A stretch of DNA of 36,946 bases from a virus (taxonomy: Duplodnaviria > Heunggongvirae > Uroviricota > Caudoviricetes), in IMG/VR virus record IMGVR_UViG_2718218132_000001; one strand, given 5' to 3'. Of the stretch, positions 28,373-36,946 are shown piece by piece. The notes beneath the pieces were generated by a model. That model was not told the origin of the DNA, searched no databases, and was given only the letters and a program-made list of their open reading frames with translations. The first letter of the stretch is position 1. Every line of letters starts with the position of its first letter. The position numbers were made by a program, and so were the translations under genes.

Positions 28373-30787
28373 TTAATACAGATCCCGCCACTTATCATCT
28401 TCCTGCAAACGCTGGTTCCGATAGAAGATACGCAGGCCTGCTCCTGACGGAATACTGCCACCGCGAAGGAGTAAATCGACCTCTTTCTCGCTGCCATCAA
28501 ATCCTCTGGACTTCAGTTCATAGACGAGCTGCTGTCGCTGATGATCTGTAATTCGCTGTTTGTAGTCTCTACGCCGTTTCGGTTTCACCAGGCGTAACCT
28601 TGCAGCCAGTTCCCGGCGCTCTTTTTTGCTCATACTGTGCAGGTAATCGTGCAACTCCTTGTCATCCATACAGGTAATGTCAGTTCTGGGATCCCCATCT
28701 GTTGATTTATCTTTCTCCTGTTGGTTCAAATTTTCAGCAAGGGGACAGTTATTGCCACGAGTCCAAGGGGCGCAAGCGCCCTGGTCGGCTGCCGCCTCCT
28801 GAACATCAACGGCCTTACGAACCATTTTCCACTTCACGGCATGAGTGCAGATCTTGCCCTCTGCAATAGGTGACCAGATGCCATAAATACGAATGCCGTG
28901 ATCGCCATAGGCGGTCGGCTCTTCGTTGATTTCATAAGCGGTTCTGATGAGGTGATATTTGCGGGGAACCAGTACGCCGCCCTGCTTCATGATGTAGGTG
29001 GCAAAACAACCAGCATCAGCAGCAGCCAGGATGGCATCAAGGCGTGGGTTATCCAGTACCGGCGCACCTGCTTTTTTGTCCCCCTGTTGCCTTGCCGCCT
29101 GACCAGCCAGCAATCGCAGTTCACGGTAAGCCTGACGCCCCGGAATGCCAAAGAAGCGGAATTGCTGAACACGATGCAGAGACGCCCAGGCATTAACGTA
29201 TTCAGCATTATCACGCAGGGATTTCCCCGTTTCCTTGCTGATCTCGCCAGCCAGACCACGCCCGTCAATGTTCTTACTGATGTATTTCGCGATGTAGCTT
29301 GTTGGCGTTCCTTTGCGCGGGTTAATCAACTCAGACTTAAAGCGCGGCCCAGTGTTATTGCCCAGCTCCTCGCGGTCTTCACGGATGGCAAACTTACGCA
29401 GTAATGCAGTGATGGCACGGCGGTCTTTTTTGCGCATGAAACACAACAGGTGCCAGTGAACTGTGCCGTCATGATGCGGCTCAGCCACCCGCACGCCATA
29501 CCAGCGCAACCCGGCTTTGTGCATCGCCTTACGAAATGCAGCAAACATGCCGACCAGATAATCGCTGCTTTGTCTTACCGTCGCGTTTGTCCAGGTCGGG
29601 TTTGGTCTGCCGTTATTGAGCGTGGAATGGAAACGTGACGGACAGGTGATGGTGTAGAAAACGGCGCAGTCACCGCGCATTTCCGCGATAAGCTCCAGAC
29701 CTTTAACACAGGCCATCATCTCATTGCGACGATGCGCCGGGTTGCTGCTGCTGGCGTTTACCACATCCTCCATGTCCAGCGTGTCGCCGTCTTCGTTCAC
29801 CAGTTCATGAGAACGGAAAAACTCCAGCGACTTACGGCGCTGCTCACGTTTATGCATCACGGCTTCATAGCTGACATAGGGAGATGCTTTTTTGCTGACC
29901 AGGCAGACAGCACGCAACTGCTCTTCCCGCCATTCGCAACGCATCTTCCATAATTTCCGATACCACCAGTCGGCGCACAACATACGCGCCAGCGAACCCG
30001 GAATGAGTTCATAGGGCACGGGTTTACGGCGGTTTCTTTTCCGACGGAGTTGCTCAAACGCAGGAGGGATTACATCCAGACGCAGGGTTTCCGCTGCCAC
30101 CTTTTCCCATGTCTTGCGGATTTCTTCTGGCTTAACGTCATCGGTGGCATACAAATCACCACAAGCTGCATCAAGGCACATGCTCATATGCGCGGCAACA
30201 AGGGTAGACAGGCGCTTCACCTGATCCTGACTCATTTCAGGCAGGATCAGCAGGCCGTCCAGCCCTTCATGGCTTGCCATAAAGCGAAAAGAAGTGGATA
30301 GCTGACTCTCGCGTACATGCTCCAGTCGTTCCAGACATGGCTTAATCGTCTCACGCAAATAGCGGGAATAAGCCTTTGGCCTGCCCAGGCTGCTGAAGTA
30401 TTCAATACGTTGCATCAGCGGCTTGCTGATATGGGAAGGCTGGGCGTTGACGTCCGCCAGAATGACCATATCCGGATTAAAACGCTGCTGCTCATGCGCC
30501 AGCTTTGCCCGACTAATGAGCTTATCCTGCTCGATTTCGCGCTGGACAGGATCACGGGATTCATTAAAGAAATAACGCTCCCAGACCTGATCACTCAGCG
30601 CCTCACGGCGCAGCTGTTCCTGCTCGTTATCGGCAGCGTACAGAGTGATCAGGTTTGAAAGCGCAGAAACCGGCGCAACTTCCGCCGGGTCCAGATAAGG
30701 GTTAATGGCCTTTTTCGGGCTGCTCCATGAGAATGCTGCTGCGACCTCGTTAAAGCCGCTGCAGTTGTTCATATCAGCATGGCTCAT
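28373..30787 (-). CDS. A: Replication initiation endonuclease (gpA, rolling-circle initiator)
   Basis: 804-aa ORF, P2 gpA family; position between the Dam gene and the tum-like region. Confidence 0.9.
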   Translation of the reverse strand: MSHADMNNCSGFNEVAAAFSWSSPKKAINPYLDPAEVAPVSALSNLITLYAADNEQEQLRREALSDQVWERYFFNESRDPVQREIEQDKLISRAKLAHEQQRFNPDMVILADVNAQPSHISKPLMQRIEYFSSLGRPKAYSRYLRETIKPCLERLEHVRESQLSTSFRFMASHEGLDGLLILPEMSQDQVKRLSTLVAAHMSMCLDAACGDLYATDDVKPEEIRKTWEKVAAETLRLDVIPPAFEQLRRKRNRRKPVPYELIPGSLARMLCADWWYRKLWKMRCEWREEQLRAVCLVSKKASPYVSYEAVMHKREQRRKSLEFFRSHELVNEDGDTLDMEDVVNASSSNPAHRRNEMMACVKGLELIAEMRGDCAVFYTITCPSRFHSTLNNGRPNPTWTNATVRQSSDYLVGMFAAFRKAMHKAGLRWYGVRVAEPHHDGTVHWHLLCFMRKKDRRAITALLRKFAIREDREELGNNTGPRFKSELINPRKGTPTSYIAKYISKNIDGRGLAGEISKETGKSLRDNAEYVNAWASLHRVQQFRFFGIPGRQAYRELRLLAGQAARQQGDKKAGAPVLDNPRLDAILAAADAGCFATYIMKQGGVLVPRKYHLIRTAYEINEEPTAYGDHGIRIYGIWSPIAEGKICTHAVKWKMVRKAVDVQEAAADQGACAPWTRGNNCPLAENLNQQEKDKSTDGDPRTDITCMDDKELHDYLHSMSKKERRELAARLRLVKPKRRRDYKQRITDHQRQQLVYELKSRGFDGSEKEVDLLLRGGSIPSGAGLRIFYRNQRLQEDDKWRDLY

Positions 30788-31641
30788 GCACGCACTCCGT
30801 ACACGGCAGAACTATCCACGCCACGCGAAGGATCAAATCCCACCCAGCAGCGCGGCCCGGAAACAGCGATGATTTCTGTTGCTGATTTACACTCGCCAGC
30901 TGCCACACCGATGCTGCGTTTTACCTTGATATAGTGGTGAGTAAAATTGCGATACAGCGAACGAATCAGGGATGTGTCACTGTTAGAAACAATGACCGGA
31001 TGTCCTTCAGATGATCGATGTTCAAGAACGGATGCCAGGTGATACTGGTCATCTTCAGTGAAACCATCAGTGTGATAGCCGGAAAACGTACCGTCATAAG
31101 GCGGATCGCAATACACCACATCCCCCGCCTTCAACATCGCCAGCGTTTCATCAAAGCTGGCGCAGATAAACGTTGCCCGCTGGGCTTTTTCTGCAAATGC
31201 GCGAATTTCTTTTTCAGGGAAATACGGATTTTTATAATTCCCGTAGGGAATGTTGAAATGTCCGCTCTTGTTATAACGACATAACCCACGGTAACCGTGA
31301 CGATTGAGATACAGGAAATATACTGCTTTCATGAAATCAGTAATTTCAGATGAGTAATTAAACTCCTGCCTTATGTTGTAATAAGCCACCTCCCTGTTTG
31401 CTTCCTCAAATAAGACTCTGGCACGAGATATAAATGATTCGCAATCAGCGGCAATCTTTTTATAGAGGTTGATTAAATCAGGATTAATATCAGCAACCAG
31501 ATAGCTGGGGTAATCCGTCGCCATCATCACAGCACAGGAACCCGCGAAAGGTTCAACCAGTCGCGGGCCAGCAGGAAGGTGTTTTTTCAGTTCGGACATA
31601 ATGGCGGTTTTATTACCCGCCCATTTCAGGATGGTGCTCAT
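30784..31641 (-). CDS. dam: DNA adenine methyltransferase (Dam-like, GATC-specific family)
   Basis: DPPY catalytic motif ([10 protein letters not shown]) and N-terminal SAM-binding motif ([11 protein letters not shown]); start placed at the Met overlapping the upstream stop. Confidence 0.85.
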   Translation of the reverse strand: MSTILKWAGNKTAIMSELKKHLPAGPRLVEPFAGSCAVMMATDYPSYLVADINPDLINLYKKIAADCESFISRARVLFEEANREVAYYNIRQEFNYSSEITDFMKAVYFLYLNRHGYRGLCRYNKSGHFNIPYGNYKNPYFPEKEIRAFAEKAQRATFICASFDETLAMLKAGDVVYCDPPYDGTFSGYHTDGFTEDDQYHLASVLEHRSSEGHPVIVSNSDTSLIRSLYRNFTHHYIKVKRSIGVAAGECKSATEIIAVSGPRCWVGFDPSRGVDSSAVYGVRA

Positions 31642-31865
31642 ACAGCACCTCCGTTGTAATGTTTGCCTTTCAGCTCTGCGATTTCCTGGCAGGTAATGCA
31701 AAGCTGCACTCCCGGAATGGCGCGGCGTCGTGCTGGCGGAATTGGCGATTCACATTCAATACAAAGCACGCGAGACACGCCCGGTGTTTTGGCACGGGCA
31801 GCACGAATATGGCGCTGGCGTTCTTCTTCAACGCGCTGCTGTACGAGATCCATTGCATCAGCCAT
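31638..31865 (-). CDS. TraR/DksA-family C4 zinc-finger protein
   Basis: CIECESPIP...CITCQ, i.e. CxxC-N17-CxxC near the C-terminus; 75 aa. Confidence 0.7.
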   Translation of the reverse strand: MADAMDLVQQRVEEERQRHIRAARAKTPGVSRVLCIECESPIPPARRRAIPGVQLCITCQEIAELKGKHYNGGAV

Positions 31866-32104
31866 TAGTGGATCTCCTGCGCTTCGTTCTGGATTGCTTC
31901 AGCAGTTACACGCAGCAGTTCTGCCGCTTCGACGTGGTTTAGCTGGCGGGATGTGATATGACACGCCAGGCTATCAAGGCGAGCTGCCATTGCTTCAGCC
32001 CTTGCCCGGCGTTCTTCCAGACGAGCCTCTGTCAGTAAAATATTAAGCCCTGCGTCATCCGGTCCGGTTTTAGTCGTGAGGATTTCAATATTACGCATAA
32101 TCAA
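31865..32104 (-). CDS. Hypothetical early-region protein
   Basis: 79-aa ORF in the early operon; no family recognised. Confidence 0.45.
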   Translation of the reverse strand: MIMRNIEILTTKTGPDDAGLNILLTEARLEERRARAEAMAARLDSLACHITSRQLNHVEAAELLRVTAEAIQNEAQEIH

Positions 32105-32165
32105 TTCTCCTGAATTTAGATAAAGGGATGCCCGGCGGGTTTACGCCATTAATTTCATTAGTTGG

Positions 32166-32519
32166 TTAATTCGGCATGGTTAGCCGTCTGGGAAATAAGC
32201 TCACCACCGCACGAAAATGATTCATTGCTTTAATCAGCTCCCGCTTTTCGTCAGTGGTCAGCTCATTAATGCTGATGCTATGACGTTCAGCTGGAATTTT
32301 TGCCATAAAGAATATAGCAGCCAGTGCCCGTTTATTTTGTTCATTATTGATATCCCGTGGATCACGCATATCTTTAATAAACCGCTCAAGCTCTGACTCA
32401 ATATTCAAACCAAAAACTTTCGCCCTTAACTCCGCAATATGATTAAGTCCATTCAGGCGTTCACCGGGTCTTAATGGAACAGTCGCCGCAGCGCCTTCAA
32501 TAGCCATTTGTTCCCCCAT
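32166..32519 (-). CDS. Hypothetical early-region protein
   Basis: 117-aa ORF in the early operon; no family recognised. Confidence 0.45.
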   Translation of the reverse strand: MGEQMAIEGAAATVPLRPGERLNGLNHIAELRAKVFGLNIESELERFIKDMRDPRDINNEQNKRALAAIFFMAKIPAERHSISINELTTDEKRELIKAMNHFRAVVSLFPRRLTMPN

Positions 32520-32701
32520 TTTTTCGTAGATAGTTCTGCCAGCAATTCATCTTGTGAACGGCACGGATGCCAGCGTTTACCATCCTCACCCATGATCCAG
32601 CCGTGACCGTAGTGCATTGCCGGACTTTGTTTTACCAGCAGCGATGCAAATGATGGTTCTTTCGTCAGCATAAGCACCTCACAGCAAACCGAATGAAGCA
32701 C
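32471..32701 (-). CDS. Hypothetical early-region protein (start uncertain)
   Basis: 76-aa ORF overlapping neighbours at both ends; sits at the fil/dhr position of phage 186. Confidence 0.35.
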   Translation of the reverse strand: MLHSVCCEVLMLTKEPSFASLLVKQSPAMHYGHGWIMGEDGKRWHPCRSQDELLAELSTKKWGNKWLLKALRRLFH

Positions 32702-33188
32702 CGAGGCCAGTCACGGTATCAACTGCACTCGCCATCGCAGGATTAGCCTGTAAACGGGCCTGCAATGAAACAGCGGCCAGCGCCATCAGTCGTGTTACAG
32801 AGTTAATGCTGCTGATAGCATCACGACGACCTGCACTGGTTTTTACATCGCCAGATACCGCACCTGCAGCAACACGCCCGATCTCTGCGGTTGCACTCAT
32901 GACATAATGCGGCAGTTTCTCTTTTGCCACCTCATTAATCGGTACACATGGCAGGCAGTGAATCTGTGCCAGAAAGCCATCTACCAGCGTTGAATCTTCA
33001 GTCAGATCGGTAAGCAACCAGATTTCTGGTGCGGTTAATAAATGAGGTTGAGCTGGGTTCAGCTTGTTCCGCAGAATCTGTACATTCATGCCTGCACGTT
33101 CTGCCAGTCGCACCAGGTTGTGGCGCAGTGCGAATGCACGACAGGCTTCGTCAAAATGTGGATGTTTGGAAACTTGGTAATCAAACAT
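32679..33188 (-). CDS. cII: CII-like transcriptional activator (phage 186 CII family)
   Basis: 169 aa from the internal Met; N-terminus [20 protein letters not shown] resembles 186 CII as I recall it. Confidence 0.65.
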   Translation of the reverse strand: MFDYQVSKHPHFDEACRAFALRHNLVRLAERAGMNVQILRNKLNPAQPHLLTAPEIWLLTDLTEDSTLVDGFLAQIHCLPCVPINEVAKEKLPHYVMSATAEIGRVAAGAVSGDVKTSAGRRDAISSINSVTRLMALAAVSLQARLQANPAMASAVDTVTGLGASFGLL

Positions 33189-33220
33189 AGTCGACACCCC
33201 TGATGTATCCCAAAATGGAA

Positions 33221-33442
33221 CTAGTTGAATACAACATTGCAATCAGTAAGTGCATCAACGGTAAGAGCAGCAAGGTTGATCATTACCTTTTCTCTTTTCT
33301 TGTCTTTCCGAAGGCGATGGCGAGGGATGCGACCATCAGCCAGCATATCGTTGATGGTGTCGATAGAAAGACCAGTAAGTTCGCTATAACGCTCAATTGT
33401 GACGTGTGGCGTATTCAGAGTTATTGAAATGTTAGGGGTCAT
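33221..33442 (-). CDS. apl: Apl/Cox-like excisionase and lytic-switch regulator
   Basis: 73-aa basic HTH protein, first gene of the rightward operon, divergent from cI; RBS AGGAGA upstream. Confidence 0.6.
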   Translation of the reverse strand: MTPNISITLNTPHVTIERYSELTGLSIDTINDMLADGRIPRHRLRKDKKREKVMINLAALTVDALTDCNVVFN

Positions 33443-33537
33443 GATGCAACATCTCCTATTGGCTTGTGGTGAGCCTGTAGTAATCGTGACAAGTACCCAA
33501 ACGGGGACAAAATTGATACTAGGATCGCAAAAGAGAT

Positions 33538-34134
33538 ATGTCAACATCAAAGTACCCAAATGAGATCAAAATAAATCCCAATAAAGGTGGTAAGGCTGCG
33601 ATTGAGCGATTAGTCGAAGCTTATGGCTTTACGACACGACAGGCTTTAGCTGATCACTTGGAAGTATCAAAAAGCACTCTGGCGAACAGGTATTTGCGGG
33701 ATACGTTTCCTGCAGACTGGATAATCCAATGTGCTCTTGAAACAGGAACCTCACTGAAATGGTTAACCACCGGGCAAGGCCTTAAGCAAAGCTCGCTGAC
33801 AGCAGCTACAGAAGAGCTTGCCAAGTTTCGCCTTACCGCAGGCAAAATGATTGAAGATGGTTCATATGTCTTCGATTCATCATTTCTTCCTGCAAATCTT
33901 TCATCACCAATTGTTATTCAGGATGGGCTCGTCACATACATTTGTGATCAAAAATTTTCTGAAGTACTTGATGGGCACTGGTTAATCAACATCGACGGAA
34001 CCTATTCCATTCGAAAAATCACAAAGCTTCCAAAAGGTATGATTAAAATTACAAGTACAGAGAATAGCTTTGAATGTGCATTTTCTGATATTGAAGTAGT
34101 TGCTTGTATAAGAAGTACAATAGTTTCAAATTAA
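33538..34134 (+). CDS. cI: CI-type immunity repressor (186 CI-like)
   Basis: 198 aa with an N-terminal HTH region (TTRQALADHLEVSKSTLANRY); divergent from apl-cII. Confidence 0.75.
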   Translation: MSTSKYPNEIKINPNKGGKAAIERLVEAYGFTTRQALADHLEVSKSTLANRYLRDTFPADWIIQCALETGTSLKWLTTGQGLKQSSLTAATEELAKFRLTAGKMIEDGSYVFDSSFLPANLSSPIVIQDGLVTYICDQKFSEVLDGHWLINIDGTYSIRKITKLPKGMIKITSTENSFECAFSDIEVVACIRSTIVSN

Positions 34135-34154
34135 TATAGTAAAAGGATTTAAAA

Positions 34155-35831
34155 ATGAATTCATTTTCCATCGTTATATTCTTATTAGCATTTCTCGCCC
34201 CCATTCTAGCTGTAATATTATTTAAGCAAAGCAAAAAACATAAAGCGGCTATAGATACCTTGACAGCTAACAACATAGCCCTTTCCAACCAACTGAAAGA
34301 AAATCAAGAAGAATTAGCACAGACTGTACGAGATCTATCAGAGCTTGAAGGACGAGCTGCACCATTATGGCAATACGTAGAATTGCACAGCGCAGTGATG
34401 GAAGCAGAGAATAAGATAAAAAATGCAGACTCAATAGCCAGGCAAAAAATAGAAGAAGCCCAAATAAAGGCTGCTAAGACAGTAAACGAAGCAAATTATC
34501 AAGCTCAGATAAAAATAAGCAACGCTAATAGCGAAGCTATAGCAATTACTAAAGACGCTCGCGATGCACGCCTGAAAGCTAAAGAACGTCTTGATAATGC
34601 CAATAGTAAAGCAAATGAGCTGATCTCAAATGCTAATGACAATGCAGTGAAGATTATTTCCGATGCAGAAGAAAGAGCAAAAGAGATTGCTGGTTCAGCA
34701 TATGAAGCTAAAGAATTTGCAGAAAAATATGAAGCAGTTGCCAAATCAATGAAAAATAAAATTGAAGGTTATGGTGATGAATGGATCATCCCTAACCGTA
34801 GCGTTCTCGATGAATTGGCAGAAAATTATGAGTTTACAGATGCAGGCAAGGAATTACAAAAAGCCAGGGAGTTAACAAAATCATTAATAAAAACTAATAA
34901 AGCTGCTTCGTGTGATTATGTTGAACAAAACAGGCGTAATACTGCTATCAACTTTGTTTTAGATGCCTTCAATGGAAGAGTTGACAGTATTTTATCAAAA
35001 GTCAAACACAACAATTTTGGAAAACTTTCCCAAGAGATAAAAGATGCGTTTCAACTTGTAAATTACAATGGTTCTGCCTTTAGGTCCGCAAAAATAAGTG
35101 ACATCTATCTTCAAGCTCGACTCAACGAGCTAAAATGGGGTGTTGCAGTTAATGAAATTATGCTCGAAGAAAAAGAAGAGCAAAGAAGGATTAAAGAACA
35201 ACTTCGTGAAGAGGAAAGAGCTCGTAGGGAGTATGAAAAAGCGATAAAAGAAGCTGAAAAAGAAGAGAAAGCTATTCAGCAAGCTATAAATAAAGCAACA
35301 AAAGAGCTTATGCTTGCAAATGAAGAACAACGCTTAGCTTTAGAGCAAAAAATAGCTGAACTACAGTTAAAATATGAAGAAGCTGAAGCTAAAAACCAAC
35401 GAGCTATTTCTATGGCTCAACAAACTAGATCAGGCCACGTTTATATAATTAGTAATATTGGCTCATTTGGCGAAGATGTATATAAAATTGGAATGACACG
35501 CCGCCTTGAACCACTTGATCGTGTTCGTGAACTCGGTGATGCTAGTGTTCCTTTTTCGTTCGATGTTCATGCGATGATTTATAGTGATGATGCACCATCA
35601 TTAGAAAATCATCTGCATAAAGTCTTCAACGAAAAACAGGTCAATAAAATTAACTCACGAAAAGAGTTTTTCAACGTAAATATTAAAGAAATTAAGTCTG
35701 TTATTGAAGATATGAACATCAACGCACAATGGACAATGTTTGCGGAAGCGAAAGAATATAGAGAGTCACTGGCGATTGAGCAAGAGCGCAAAGCAGCAAC
35801 TTCCGCCAACGATGAACTGCATGTTGCTTAG
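34155..35831 (+). CDS. Membrane-anchored coiled-coil protein with C-terminal T5orf172/GIY-YIG-like domain (DUF4041-type); lysogeny-operon cargo
   Basis: N-terminal TM helix, about 350 aa of Ala/Glu/Lys/Asn-rich coiled-coil, C-terminal HVYIISN...YKIGMTRRLEPLDRVREL...PFSFDVHAM motif pattern; AT-rich. Confidence 0.7.
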   Translation: MNSFSIVIFLLAFLAPILAVILFKQSKKHKAAIDTLTANNIALSNQLKENQEELAQTVRDLSELEGRAAPLWQYVELHSAVMEAENKIKNADSIARQKIEEAQIKAAKTVNEANYQAQIKISNANSEAIAITKDARDARLKAKERLDNANSKANELISNANDNAVKIISDAEERAKEIAGSAYEAKEFAEKYEAVAKSMKNKIEGYGDEWIIPNRSVLDELAENYEFTDAGKELQKARELTKSLIKTNKAASCDYVEQNRRNTAINFVLDAFNGRVDSILSKVKHNNFGKLSQEIKDAFQLVNYNGSAFRSAKISDIYLQARLNELKWGVAVNEIMLEEKEEQRRIKEQLREEERARREYEKAIKEAEKEEKAIQQAINKATKELMLANEEQRLALEQKIAELQLKYEEAEAKNQRAISMAQQTRSGHVYIISNIGSFGEDVYKIGMTRRLEPLDRVRELGDASVPFSFDVHAMIYSDDAPSLENHLHKVFNEKQVNKINSRKEFFNVNIKEIKSVIEDMNINAQWTMFAEAKEYRESLAIEQERKAATSANDELHVA

Positions 35832-35889
35832 CAATGTATGTTTCATAGTAATCACACATTGATTACTGGTTGTATATACAGTTAAATTT

Positions 35890-35914
35890 AGCCCTCTGAT
35901 ATGAGGGCTTTTTT
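35890..35914 (+). terminator. Intrinsic terminator-like hairpin (AGCCCTC-tgatat-GAGGGCT + T6) abutting the int start codon
   Basis: 7-bp perfect stem with T-tract 35909..35914; the int ATG is at 35915. Confidence 0.5.
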
Positions 35915-36946
35915 ATGGCAGTACGAAAACTCACCACAGGAAAATGGCTTTGCGAATGTTACCCCGCCGGACGTAGTGGACGTCGTGTGCGTAAACAATT
36001 CGCCACCAAAGGCGAAGCTCTGGCTTTTGAGCGTCACACGATGGAAGAAACCGAAGCAAAGCCCTGGCTGGGTGAATCAGTGGATCGTCGAACACTGAAA
36101 GACGTGGTTGAACTATGGTTCAAACTACATGGTAAATCTCTGACAGCTGGGCAGCATGTCTATGACAAATTGCTGTTGATGGTTGACGCTCTGGGCAATC
36201 CCCTTGCAACCGATCTCACCTCTAAAATGTTTGCCCACTATCGAGATAAACGTCTGACAGGAGAGATCTACTTCAGCGAAAAATGGAAGAAAGGAGCAAG
36301 CCCGGTCACCATTAACCTGGAGCAAAGCTATCTAAGTAGTGTTTTTAGCGAACTATCCCGCCTGGGCGAATGGTCGTATCCGAACCCACTGGAGAACATG
36401 CGAAAATTCACCATCGCAGAAAAAGAGATGGCATGGCTTACCCATGAGCAGATTGTTGAATTGCTGGCTGATTGCAAACGTCAGGACCCAATTCTGGCAC
36501 TGGTAGTTAAGATATGCTTAAGCACAGGCGCACGTTGGCGTGAAGCCGTAAATCTTACCCGCTCACAGGTGACCAAATACCGAATTACCTTTGTAAGAAC
36601 GAAGGGGAAGAAAAACAGAAGCATCCCTATCAGTAAAGAGCTTTACGAAGAGATCATGGCGCTTGATGGGTTCAATTTCTTTACAGACTGCTATTTTCAA
36701 TTTTTATCCGTGATGGAAAAAACGTCTATCGTGCTCCCTCGCGGTCAACTGACACACGTTCTGCGCCATACGTTTGCGGCGCACTTCATGATGTCGGGTG
36801 GAAATATCCTGGCCTTACAAAAAATTCTCGGGCATCACGATATAAAAATGACTATGCGTTACGCACATCTGGCACCGGATCACCTGGAAACTGCATTACG
36901 GTTTAATCCGCTGGCAACACTACCAACATCAATAGCAATTTTTTGA
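35915..36946 (+). CDS. int: Tyrosine integrase (P2/186 Int family)
   Basis: 343 aa; C-terminal catalytic residues in LRHTFAAH...HHDIKMTMRYAHL (R/H-x-x-R...Y); stop codon at the window end. Confidence 0.9.
   Translation: MAVRKLTTGKWLCECYPAGRSGRRVRKQFATKGEALAFERHTMEETEAKPWLGESVDRRTLKDVVELWFKLHGKSLTAGQHVYDKLLLMVDALGNPLATDLTSKMFAHYRDKRLTGEIYFSEKWKKGASPVTINLEQSYLSSVFSELSRLGEWSYPNPLENMRKFTIAEKEMAWLTHEQIVELLADCKRQDPILALVVKICLSTGARWREAVNLTRSQVTKYRITFVRTKGKKNRSIPISKELYEEIMALDGFNFFTDCYFQFLSVMEKTSIVLPRGQLTHVLRHTFAAHFMMSGGNILALQKILGHHDIKMTMRYAHLAPDHLETALRFNPLATLPTSIAIF

Larger units (their letters stand above)
2856..36946. mobile_element. P2/186-like (Peduovirus-type) prophage, truncated at the right window edge; attL expected within 2621..2855, attR beyond the window
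   Basis: Complete canonical P2 gene order (ogr-D-U-T-E-FII-FI ... I-J-W-V-S-R-lysis-X-L-M-N-O / P-Q-cos-A-lysogeny-int) recognised from translations. Confidence 0.9.

Noticed and set aside
1-36946. Searched for CRISPR arrays, tRNA or rRNA genes and IS elements
   Set aside because: No regularly spaced direct repeats, no tRNA-like cloverleaf candidates near the att region, and no transposase ORFs were seen; the only site-specific recombinases are the phage integrase and the invertase.

Overview
The window opens with an Escherichia-type chromosomal locus (grxA, ybjM, ybjL), followed from about 2.8 kb to the window end by a P2/186-like (Peduovirus-type) prophage in canonical order but mirrored. 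Reading left to right: ogr, tail genes D-U-T-E/E'-FII-FI, a Hin/Gin-family invertase with an invertible tail-fibre segment, baseplate genes I-J-W-V, S-R, the lysis cassette, capsid genes L-M-N-O, divergent terminase P and portal Q, a cos-like site, then tum/DinI-like genes, replication gene A, a Dam methylase, a 186-type lysogeny switch (cII, apl, cI) and the integrase. All calls rest on reading the six-frame translations and motifs by eye; no database search was run. Three AT-rich cargo loci of unknown function sit at positions where P2-like phages typically carry accessory or anti-phage genes, and are the best candidates for an undescribed system: (i) a soluble 272-aa protein plus a membrane protein split by a G8 frameshift (24654..26219), between Q and cos; (ii) a 71-aa protein translationally coupled to a 280-aa polytopic membrane protein (26459..27516), between cos and the LexA-controlled tum-like gene; (iii) a 558-aa membrane-anchored coiled-coil protein with a C-terminal T5orf172/GIY-YIG-like domain (34155..35831), inserted between cI and int. 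attR and the right prophage boundary lie beyond the window.
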